The translations under genes were made by a program, and so were the position numbers. A DNA stretch of 64,000 nt from Spirochaetia bacterium. Lineage in GTDB: Bacteria; Spirochaetota; Spirochaetia; CADAEX01. Shown in pieces: positions 29,965-39,119 of the stretch (within the stretch, counting starts at the first letter, position 1; each line of letters starts with the position of its first letter). A model generated the notes under the pieces. It was not told the DNA's origin, searched no databases, and worked only from the letters and a program-made list of their open reading frames with translations. The stretch covers positions 3,584,001-3,648,000 of the forward strand of contig OY759746.1 of the NCBI GenBank assembly GCA_963662795.1, given 5' to 3'.

Positions 29965-30239
29965 AAAATTATTTAGTATTATTAATATTGATCCCGTTTT
30001 CGCCATCCTGGTTCCGACGAGAATATGATATGTGAAAAGAGTGAATGGTAAACAGAAAAAAAGATAAAGCCCATAATAATAACGCTTAAAGCATTGCGCT
30101 CGAAGCAGCTCCCCTGGGCCTGGCCATATTTTGTTTTTATATAAATATGATTAGTTTTTGTTTTATTCTTTTCCAGTTTATTAAAACCAAATATAAGTAT
30201 TTTGAGTTTAGTCATAAAGCATTTTTCACCTGTAAGACG

Positions 30240-31249
30240 TTAGATGCAATTTCTATCTTGGTTAAAAATCTTTAACCAAGAACCCACTGTTCAAGGTTGG
30301 TATTAGAAGTACTGGATAATAATTATATCAAATTCCTGATCATGATAAATTAAATACACTGAATTTTTGTTTTTGTAAATACAATAATTATGTTAGAATT
30401 ATAGAGAAAAAATAAAATCTCCTTAAAGGCTGTACCAGTTGCTTTGCATGCAAATTAAAAGAGAACTTGGTAAGTAAATGTGCAATGAAAGACGATATGG
30501 AACAAATATTACAAAAAATTTGCGAGTGTAATGCTCTTGTATTAGGCTCACCAATTTATTTTGCTGCCGTTTCAGGAGGAATGAAGTCATTTATGGAACG
30601 TCTAATTTTTCCATATACTTCCTATGAAGGCAAACCCTCATCTTTTGGAAAAAAAATTAATACAGCTTTTCTTTATACAATGAATGCCCCTTCTTTTGCC
30701 TTACCACTTACTGGGTACCCTAAACTTTTTAAATATAATCAAAAGTTACTGAAACGCACTTTTGGTTATAGTGAATTTTTAACTTCAGCCTCAACATACC
30801 AATTTGATGATTATAGCAAATATAATATGACATATTTTGACGGGAAAAAAGGCTAAAGAGAAGGGAAACAGTATTTATAAAAGATTGTGAAAAGGCATTT
30901 GAATTAGGCAGAAAACTTTGTGGAAATAATTAAAAACTATAAATTAAAGTACTTTTACCTTACAAGAGGGGTGAATGTCATTTTTTATGTTGGAAAAAAT
31001 GATGAAGTCTAATGAAGAATTGCCATATTATAAAAATCAGTATAGTTCAGAGATATCGTTATGATTATAGCGGAGAAAAAGAAAGGAAATAAAAAGAAAC
31101 TGATTGAGTTATCAAATACATCCATCTATTTGTCATATTTATTCTTAAACCTACCACAAAAGAAACGGCATCTAACCCAAGAATATGATATTACGACCAT
31201 TCGACCTTTTGCTAGTCGCATCCCTCAGAACATCGAATATTCCGGAACT
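30240..31249 (+). mobile_element. Putative decayed integron gene cassette
   Basis: Begins G|TTAGATGC (30239) and ends in an attC-like site whose R'' flank GCATCTAAC is the exact 9-nt complement. Confidence 0.5.
30423..30933 (+). pseudogene. Iron-sulfur flavoprotein/flavodoxin family, 5'-truncated and frameshifted
   Basis: KGCTSCFACK..C, GSPIYF, KSFMERL; C-terminus RETVFIKDCEKAFELG in another frame. Confidence 0.75.
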
Positions 31250-31255
31250 TTATAA
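31170..31255 (+). other. attC-like recombination site (degenerate R')
   Basis: ATCTAAC...GAATATGAT...ATCGAATATTC...TTTATAA (expected GTTATAA). Confidence 0.5.
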
Positions 31256-31350
31256 GCAATATTCCTACAAGAAAGAATCTCCCGGACAGCCTGCCTGTGT
31301 GTGCAGATTTAGAAACAGCAAATACATGTTAAAAAATATAAAGGGTAAAG

Positions 31351-32129
31351 ATGAAAAGAATCAAAACATCAGAATATAGAAAATTATCAATTTATGGATT
31401 TCAAATTAGTGAGAACAGTCATAATTTCTATGCATTGTTAGAATATGATATTACAAATTTAAGAAAAAGTCTCAAACAAAGGCGTAAAGAAGGAAAAAGT
31501 GGATCATTATTTGCCTTTTTCCTAAAAGCTATTGCGGAATGCTTAAAAACATATCCAATATTCAATTCAATGATTGATTTACGAAGGACAACAACTTTTA
31601 CAGATGTTGATATCAGCATACCAATTGAAATAATGAATAAAAATAAAATATTCAATAAACAGTTAATCATAAGAAATATTGAGAAAAAGAATATTTTAGA
31701 AATTGAAAAAGAAATAAGCGTTAGCAAAAATGATTATGACAAAGGTAAGACTTATTTACCATCACCTATAATACAAAAAACCATGTCTCTTTTACCGTTT
31801 TTTTTAATTAAGGCTTTTATTAAATTTTTAATAATAATCATGATCTGGTAAAAAAACTATCAGGGACAGTTTTCGTAACAAGTGTATCAATGTATACAAA
31901 TATACCAGGATTCATAATTCCTTATATCGGAAAACCAAAAGCTTCTTCATTTGCAATAGGAAGTATTTATAAAAAACCAGTAGTTAAAAATAATGAAATT
32001 GTCATTAGAGAAATTGTAAATATAACGGCAATATTCAATCATGATATTCTAGATGGCGCACCTGCTGCGAGATTAATGAATAAACTAAGGAATATTTTGG
32101 AGGTAGAATATAAAAAATTGCTTGATTAA
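31351..32129 (+). pseudogene. 2-oxoacid dehydrogenase acyltransferase catalytic-domain-like protein, frameshifted
   Basis: SLFAFFLKAIA..L..YP.FN; NHDILDGAPAAR (HxxxDG); frameshift near 31830 joins the two ORFs through NNHDLVKKLSGTVFVTSVSM. Confidence 0.75.
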
Positions 32130-32147
32130 AAACATTAAGGAGAAATA

Positions 32148-32922
32148 ATGAAGGTAGCAACATTTATAGGAAGTGTGCGTAAGAAAAACACTTATGATGC
32201 CTGTAAAATGTTTCTCAATGAAATTACGACTTTTGGAAATGTAGAATCAGAAATGGTATATCTTGATGACTATAATTTAAAGGTATGTACTGGTTGTAAA
32301 ATGTGTTTAGATAAAGGAGAAGAGTATTGTCCTCTCGAAGATGACAGGAACACACTTATTAGAAAAATGATTGAATCAGATGGAGTAATTTTTGCTTCCC
32401 CAAATTATTGCTTTAATGTATCAGCCTTAATGAAATTGTTCTTAGACCGGCTTGCATATTTCGGACATAGACCAGCATTTTTTGGTAAAACCTTTTCCAG
32501 TATAATTTATAGTTGTACAGGGAATATATGGAGGCGATAAAATAGTAAAATATTTTGATTTTTTTGGAAATACAATTGGTTATAACATTGTTAAAGGGGG
32601 CATTAATAAATTCTCTTGAACCAATGACAGAAAAAATTAAGGAAAGAAACGAGAAAATAATAAAAGAACATGCAAAAAATTATTATAGACAGCTGGTGAA
32701 AAATGAATTTAAAAAATCAAGTTTGATAGAATTGCTTATTTTCAGAATGTCCAGAACAAGTATAAAAACGATACTTGATAAGAGTTACAGAGATTATGAG
32801 TATTATAATAGAAATGGCTGGTTTGAATCGGATTTTTATTATCGGTAAAGATTAGCAAGATTAAAAAATCACTTGGAAAAGTGTTTGATAATATATCAGT
32901 AACAATTTCTAAAAATCGATAA
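32148..32922 (+). pseudogene. NADPH-dependent FMN reductase/flavodoxin family, multiple frameshifts
   Basis: GSVRKKNT, CTGCKMC..GEEYC, FASPNY; continuation VVQGIYGG... in shifted frames. Confidence 0.78.
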
Positions 32923-33016
32923 TGATAAGTATGAAAACGAAGGACTCTGCCTTGGCGTTGCCAGGTGAGGCTCGACACCCCTCAGCTCGATAATATACCC
33001 CTCCATGAAAGTGATA

Positions 33017-33055
33017 AAAACTGCTTCCACGCGCAAGAAAACAGGTTTAGAATTA
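33017..33055 (+). repeat. Dispersed promoter-like repeat, copy B2
   Basis: AAAACTGCTTCCAC-GCGCAAGAAAACAGGTT-TAGAATTA. Confidence 0.55.
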
Positions 33056-33242
33056 CGATATTAAAAATCTTACTGCTGGGTATTCACATCAATAGAATCA
33101 CCGGGACCTCATGCAGACACGGATGAGAAATACATGATCTTTTAAAATAATATCCTTTTTTAGTAAATATAAATAAAATATTTGAAATATATGGTTTCGC
33201 ATAATAAAATTCAAACTATCAACTATTGATAAGGAGTTAAAA

Positions 33243-33458
33243 ATGCCAGATTGCGAATGCCTGCCAAAGTGTCCGTTTTTCAATGACCGAATGCAGAACA
33301 TGCCAGGATTGTCAGCTGTATACAAGAAAAGATACTGTAAAACCGATTCCTCAAAGTGTGCCAGATATATTGTCTTTAAAAAATTGGGAAGATATGAAGT
33401 TCCTTCAAATTTATTTCCAAATCAAATTGAAATTGCTCAATCGTTAATATATAAATAA
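33243..33458 (+). CDS. Small cysteine-rich protein, putative metal or Fe-S binding
   Basis: RBS AAGGAG; C-E-C-x3-C-P-F-F...YC-x6-CAR...P..LFPN. Confidence 0.75.
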   Translation: MPDCECLPKCPFFNDRMQNMPGLSAVYKKRYCKTDSSKCARYIVFKKLGRYEVPSNLFPNQIEIAQSLIYK

Positions 33459-33773
33459 TATTGAACACAATTATAATAAAGTACGATTTTTAAAAGTATT
33501 TCAGTATATATATCATCAGTTAAAAAGTTATTTATACTGGCTAAATGTATGGATTCAACTCTGTCTCTAATTATACTAATTATAATTGAAACGCCAAATT
33601 ATACAGGTAGAGCAACTACCTGACAATTGCTATTCAAATATCCCATCTTTTGTACAGGACTATAAATTCTTCAAATATTCCTGGCATCTTGTTGAAAATG
33701 TGAAACCTTAAAGGATACGGGAGCTTCTGTGATGCCCTAATGATCGCTTTTTTATTAGTTTCTATTATTATAA

Positions 33774-33956
33774 TTATAAAAACTGATCAAGTTTTTCCTG
33801 GGTAATCAATCCAAGCTTAACACCAATTTGACCAAACAATAAATCAGAATGATCTTTTTGATAATCTAAAATCTTTTTTACATCTTGATCTGTTATAGCT
33901 CCGAGTCTTACTAATAACTCCCCAAAACGCTCTGTAGAATCATTCATTTTATACAT
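33774..33956 (-). CDS. Stand-alone MshEN-like (putative c-di-GMP-binding) protein
   Basis: RFGELLVRLGAITDQDVKKILDYQ plus LFGQIGVKLGLITQEKLDQFL tandem motif; RBS AAGGA. Confidence 0.7.
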   Translation of the reverse strand: MYKMNDSTERFGELLVRLGAITDQDVKKILDYQKDHSDLLFGQIGVKLGLITQEKLDQFL

Positions 33957-34352
33957 AGTCCTTTTAAATTAATTTATGCCTAAAATATTTATAATTCAAA
34001 TTATAATCATATAATCTTTCATAATTTTACTGAGTTTATCATTACTCATATCATTGATATATTTATTTGATATCATCTCGGCTATCAGGTCCTTTATCCT
34101 TTTCATCCGTATTTTCATCCACCCCTCCACTGCCCCATCTTTCATCTGTTCAAGAAAATCATTTTCCCCATACCCGGGTGTATGTATGATTAATGTTATT
34201 TCTTTTCTAAACAGTAGATTAATGGTTACAATATTTTAAAAATTTTAGTTACACTTAATCCTTTATTGCTTTAATCAAAAATATCTTAAAAATGTATTTT
34301 ATTTGATTAATTGATAATTCTGTGGTTAAATATAATTACACTATCAAAAGAA

Positions 34353-36092
34353 ATGACTGATACAAATGGTATTTTAAACAATAAATTACATGACTTCCGC
34401 AAGCTTTCACTCGAATTAATCAGTCTTGCAGATAAAGGTACTTTAATATCAGAATATTTAAGAAATGCTTCTCAAAAAATTATAAATTTATCAAAAGCAT
34501 CTAAACTTAACATTATAGTAAGCGACATCAGTAACTATTACAGATTCACTCTTGATAATCAGGATCAATGGGGTATTTTTCCTTTATCACGTAATGTAAT
34601 TGACTCTGTTCAATTGTCAAATAAGGAAAATGTAATTACTACTTCTGATCTTGAGAAAACTGTTTTTACCAATATAATAATCAGCTCTCCTGATTTTACT
34701 GAAGCAAACGGTCTTTATATCAAGGATACATCAAAAATACTATTATTGGTAATTAAAAATGATAACAACGAAAATGGAATATCTGTTAAAATAAAAACGA
34801 ATTATTCTTCAATTTTAATATTACCAATTCGTAATGATAACGAAATTATTGGCGTCATTTCATTAGAATGGTCAAAAATTATAAATTTATTAGATGAAGA
34901 TATATCTTTTTTTCAATATATTTTTGATATTGTTGGTTCTGCCAGGTCGCATAGACAGGCAAAATTCCATCTTGGAGAAAGAATAAAAGAACTCACTACT
35001 ATATATCAAATTACACGTTTAGGAGCAGAAATAAACAAATCCCTTGACGATGTGCTATCTGGAGCTGTGGATATAATCCCCCCAGGGTTTTTAAGACCTG
35101 AATTAGCCTGCTGTAAAATATTATATTCAAACGAAGTGTTTAAAAGTAAAAATTATCAAATCCCCAAACATACTTTGAAGGAAGATATTATTGTTGGGGG
35201 GAAAAACATTGGATTTATCGAAGTTGGATACACTGAAGAGCCAAACAACCTGGACAAAGGACCATTTTTAAAAGAAGAACAACCTATGCTCATGACAGTT
35301 GCCAGAGAATTAAGTCTTATCGCAGAAAGAAAACAGTTTGTTGATGAAAGAGAACGTCTTCAACAACAACTACTTCATGCAGACAGATTGGTCACTGTTG
35401 GCCAATTAACAGCTGGAGTTGCGCATGAACTGAATGAACCCCTGGGAGGTATACTTGGCTTTGCGCAGCTGATTAAAAAATATGGTGATATTAATAAAGA
35501 TGTGGAAAAAGATATTGATAAAATAATCAAGGCTTCCCTACACGCTCGTGAAATTATACGTAAACTTATGCTATTTAGCAGGCAAACACCTCCTGAGAAA
35601 AAACTTTTTAATATTAATGAACGAATTAACGATGGTTTATATTTATTGGAAAGTAGAATTAATAAAAGTAATATAAACCTCATCAAGGATTTTTCAAATG
35701 ACTTACCCGATATAAAAATTGATCCTTCCCAAATAAATCAGGTACTTGTAAATCTTGTTGTAAATGCCATTCAGGCAATGCCTGATGGTGGAACTCTTAC
35801 AATAAAAACCGATAAATTAATAAATAATATTGTTTTAACTGTTAAAGATACCGGAATCGGAATGACCCTTGATCAAATTGATAAAATATTTATTCCATTT
35901 TTCACTACAAAGGACATCAATGAAGGAACTGGTTTAGGATTACCAGTTGCTTTGGGTATAGTTCAATCTCATGGCGGAACAATCAGTGTTAATAGTTTCC
36001 CTGGAAAAGGTTCAGAGTTTGTTGTAAAATTTCCGATAGACACAGAAAATAATTTGAATGAAGGAATATCGAATGACAAGCAAGAAAAGTAA
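34353..36092 (+). CDS. Cytoplasmic GAF-containing sensor histidine kinase (NtrB-like core)
   Basis: AGVAHELNEPL, QVLVNLVVNA, DTGIG, GTGLGL; no TM; start could be 34311. Confidence 0.88.
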   Translation: MTDTNGILNNKLHDFRKLSLELISLADKGTLISEYLRNASQKIINLSKASKLNIIVSDISNYYRFTLDNQDQWGIFPLSRNVIDSVQLSNKENVITTSDLEKTVFTNIIISSPDFTEANGLYIKDTSKILLLVIKNDNNENGISVKIKTNYSSILILPIRNDNEIIGVISLEWSKIINLLDEDISFFQYIFDIVGSARSHRQAKFHLGERIKELTTIYQITRLGAEINKSLDDVLSGAVDIIPPGFLRPELACCKILYSNEVFKSKNYQIPKHTLKEDIIVGGKNIGFIEVGYTEEPNNLDKGPFLKEEQPMLMTVARELSLIAERKQFVDERERLQQQLLHADRLVTVGQLTAGVAHELNEPLGGILGFAQLIKKYGDINKDVEKDIDKIIKASLHAREIIRKLMLFSRQTPPEKKLFNINERINDGLYLLESRINKSNINLIKDFSNDLPDIKIDPSQINQVLVNLVVNAIQAMPDGGTLTIKTDKLINNIVLTVKDTGIGMTLDQIDKIFIPFFTTKDINEGTGLGLPVALGIVQSHGGTISVNSFPGKGSEFVVKFPIDTENNLNEGISNDKQEK

Positions 36093-37422
36093 ATCGGAAA
36101 TAATATTAGTAGTTGATGATTCTCCGGATACTCTTGAAATGCTGCATCGCAGCATTGAATATATGGGATATAAAGTCTTTTCCTGTGATAGTGCACAAGA
36201 AGCTATCGATATATTAAAAAATACACATATTGATCTTGTTATTACTGATTATCATATGCCCTTTATCGGTGGAATCAATGTAATTAGGCATGTTCGCGAA
36301 AATTATAAAAATACTGAGGTAATGATGATAACTGGCTATGCTTCTGTTGAGGGTGCAGTAGAGGCAATAAAAGCCGGAGCTGAAGAATATCTGGCTAAAC
36401 CATTTACGGATGAAGAACTTGAACAGGCTATAGAGCGCTCCCTCGCTAAACTTGCAATCAGAGCAGTACGAAATGCCATACCGACAAAGAATATCTCAAA
36501 ACAATACTCAATTATTGCAGAATCAGTTAAAATGCAAAAAGTCTTTGATAGTATTAGAAGAGCTGCATCAGGAAACTTACCAGTTCTTATTTCGGGTGAA
36601 AATGGAACTGGAAGACAACTGATAGCAAAAGCAATTCATTTTGAAAGTGCAAATTCAACATATCCCTTTATTCATGTTAATATCAGAGGTATACCGGAAA
36701 GTAATCTTGAAAGTCAGTTATTCGGACATATCAAAACCGGGGATAATATATCAGATAAAATATCTCAAAAAGGTTTACTGGAATTGGCAGAAGAAGGAAC
36801 AGTTTTTTTCGATGGAATCAGTTTAGCACCACCGGCAACACAAATTAAACTTTTAAGGGCATTATCAAGTAATGAAATTACATATACAGGAGACAATACA
36901 GCCAGAAAGATAAAATGCAGAATTATAGCTTCAACTTCAAAAGATTTACTTTCTCTTGTCAGAAAAGGACTATTCCGGGAAGATCTTTTTTTCCGAATTA
37001 ATGTTGTTAATATTACCCTCCCACCGTTGAGAGAAAGAGGTAAAGATATTTTACTTCTGGCAAATCATTTCATTACCGAAGTCTGCAATGAAATCGGTAG
37101 GAATAAAATACCTATAATTAATGAAGGAGCTTCTCGCTGTCTAATGAACTACTATTGGTCGGGAAATATAAGGGAGCTTGAAATCCTTATCCGCCAAATT
37201 ATCCAAAAAATACATGGAGATATTATTGAAATTTCAGATTTACCATCATATATGCGATATAATCTTTCAGAAGAAACAAGGTTAAGCAAATCGCTTCTGG
37301 AAGTAGAAAAGGACCATATAAAAGATGTATTGCTGAAAGTTGATGGAAATAAAACAAAGGCAGCTGAACTTCTTGGAATTGATAGAAAAACTTTACGGGA
37401 AAAACTCACAAAACAGACATGA
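36058..37422 (+). CDS. NtrC-like response regulator (REC-AAA+-Fis HTH) with degenerate AAA+
   Basis: ITDYHMP; GENGTGRQ; no GAFTGA; FREDLFFRI; GNKTKAAELLGIDRKTL; start may be 36073. Confidence 0.88.
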   Translation: MKEYRMTSKKSKSEIILVVDDSPDTLEMLHRSIEYMGYKVFSCDSAQEAIDILKNTHIDLVITDYHMPFIGGINVIRHVRENYKNTEVMMITGYASVEGAVEAIKAGAEEYLAKPFTDEELEQAIERSLAKLAIRAVRNAIPTKNISKQYSIIAESVKMQKVFDSIRRAASGNLPVLISGENGTGRQLIAKAIHFESANSTYPFIHVNIRGIPESNLESQLFGHIKTGDNISDKISQKGLLELAEEGTVFFDGISLAPPATQIKLLRALSSNEITYTGDNTARKIKCRIIASTSKDLLSLVRKGLFREDLFFRINVVNITLPPLRERGKDILLLANHFITEVCNEIGRNKIPIINEGASRCLMNYYWSGNIRELEILIRQIIQKIHGDIIEISDLPSYMRYNLSEETRLSKSLLEVEKDHIKDVLLKVDGNKTKAAELLGIDRKTLREKLTKQT

Positions 37423-37485
37423 TGTTAAATAGTATTCATTTGATTCAAAAATATTGATTAAAACTTACTTAGTCCTTAAAAACAT

Positions 37486-37515
37486 TCAAGGCAGTCATAT
37501 TTCAGACTGCCTTGA
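37486..37515. terminator. Hairpin terminator between convergent genes
   Basis: TCAAGGCAGTC-N8-GACTGCCTTGA. Confidence 0.65.
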
Positions 37516-37527
37516 CATCAATCTTTA

Positions 37528-38889
37528 TTATACAATTCCATAAGCCAGCATTGCTTTTGCTACTTTAAGAAAACCAGCAATATTAGCACCAGCCATATAA
37601 TTTCTTTCATTAAAACCATACGCTGATGAAGCATGGCGACAGGAATCATGTATATTCTTCATTATTATTCGAAGTCTGTGATCAACTTCTTCTTTTTCCC
37701 ATAGAAGCTTCATACTGTTCTGACTCATCTCTAATCCAGAAACAGATACACCACCTGCATTAGCAGCCTTACCAGGTGCATACAGTATATTATGATCAAT
37801 GAAAATATTTATTGCTTTAGGAGTTGATGGCATATTAGCACCTTCAGATACACAATTGCATCCATTTTTTATAAGGGCAAGAGCATTTTCCTCGTCAATT
37901 TCATTTTGAGTTGCACATGGCAAAGCAATGTCAACTTTTAATGATTGTTCTTTTATAATATCCCAAACAGCTTTTCCCTCATAATATACCGCATCTGGAA
38001 AATGTTCCGCATATTCCTTTATACGTCCTCTCCTGTTATTTTTCAGATCCATTACAAAGTCCAGTTTTACTTTGTTTATTCCGTGAGTATCTATGATGGT
38101 TCCTGTACTGTCAGATAGAGAAATTACCTTACCTTTCAATTGATTAATTTTTTCAACTGAATACTGGGCAACATTTCCAGATCCCGATATAGCTACAACC
38201 TTATCATCAATAGTTTCATGATCTGTTGCCAGCATTTCTGCCGCGAAATAAACAGCCCCATATCCTGTAGCTTCAGGTCTTATAAGACTTCCTCCAAATT
38301 CCATACCCTTTCCAGTAAGAACACCTGTATGCTCATTTCGTAATTTTTTATAATAACCATAAAGATAACCAATCTCTCTACCACCAACACCAATATCCCC
38401 GGCTGGTACATCCGTATCAGGACCAATATGTCGATATAATTCTCTCATGAACGCCTGACAAAATCTCATTACTTCAGCATCACTTTTTCCTTTAGGATCA
38501 AAATCGCTACCACCTTTCCCTCCCCCCATTGGAAGAGTTGTTAGTGAATTTTTAAATATTTGTTCAAACCCTAAAAATTTTATTATACTCAAGTTAACAG
38601 ATGGGTGAAACCTGAGCCCTCCTTTATAAGGACCAATTGCATTATTGAATTGAATCCTAAACCCGCGGTTAACGCGTACATTTCCAGAATCATCAACCCA
38701 TGGGACTCTGAACATAATTTGTCGATCAGGTTCAACAATTCTTTCATAAATTGCTGCTTCAACAAACTCCGGATGCTTTTCAACAGTTGGTTCAAGTGAA
38801 AGCATTACTTCTTCGACAGCCTGTATAAATTCAGGTTGAGACGGGTTTTTTACTTCAGTTTTTTCGATTACTTCTTTTAAGTAGCTCAT
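37528..38889 (-). CDS. gdhA: Glutamate dehydrogenase (GdhA, NADP-type family)
   Basis: GPYKGGLRFHP, GGGKGGSDFDPK, DVPAGDIGVG, RPEATGYG, GSGNVA, KAANAGGV. Confidence 0.96.
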   Translation of the reverse strand: MSYLKEVIEKTEVKNPSQPEFIQAVEEVMLSLEPTVEKHPEFVEAAIYERIVEPDRQIMFRVPWVDDSGNVRVNRGFRIQFNNAIGPYKGGLRFHPSVNLSIIKFLGFEQIFKNSLTTLPMGGGKGGSDFDPKGKSDAEVMRFCQAFMRELYRHIGPDTDVPAGDIGVGGREIGYLYGYYKKLRNEHTGVLTGKGMEFGGSLIRPEATGYGAVYFAAEMLATDHETIDDKVVAISGSGNVAQYSVEKINQLKGKVISLSDSTGTIIDTHGINKVKLDFVMDLKNNRRGRIKEYAEHFPDAVYYEGKAVWDIIKEQSLKVDIALPCATQNEIDEENALALIKNGCNCVSEGANMPSTPKAINIFIDHNILYAPGKAANAGGVSVSGLEMSQNSMKLLWEKEEVDHRLRIIMKNIHDSCRHASSAYGFNERNYMAGANIAGFLKVAKAMLAYGIV

Positions 38890-39119
38890 TGGAAACTCCT
38901 TTTATTGTTCTTTGGCAGTCACCTTTTAGCAAATACTCGCAAGTGGGGATTATATGACCGTTTTTTGGTGATTTATTCACCATTTATGTTATTTTCTATC
39001 ATATAATAATTATATGTCAAGTAATATTTTATATTCTTTATAAATAAATCAGTTATTTATCATTTTAATATGTTTGAAAACTGAATATTTAAATAATAAA
39101 ATTATGGGAAAGGTGTCGT

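Noticed and set aside
29982-30215. 77-aa minus-strand ORF
   Set aside because: No RBS or motif; lies in a decayed mosaic region
34054-34239. Short ORF or GC-richer fragment
   Set aside because: Could not assign any family on either strand
38890-39119. Sigma54 promoter (TGGCA...) in the gdhA intergenic region
   Set aside because: GG and GC are not at the required -24/-12 spacing
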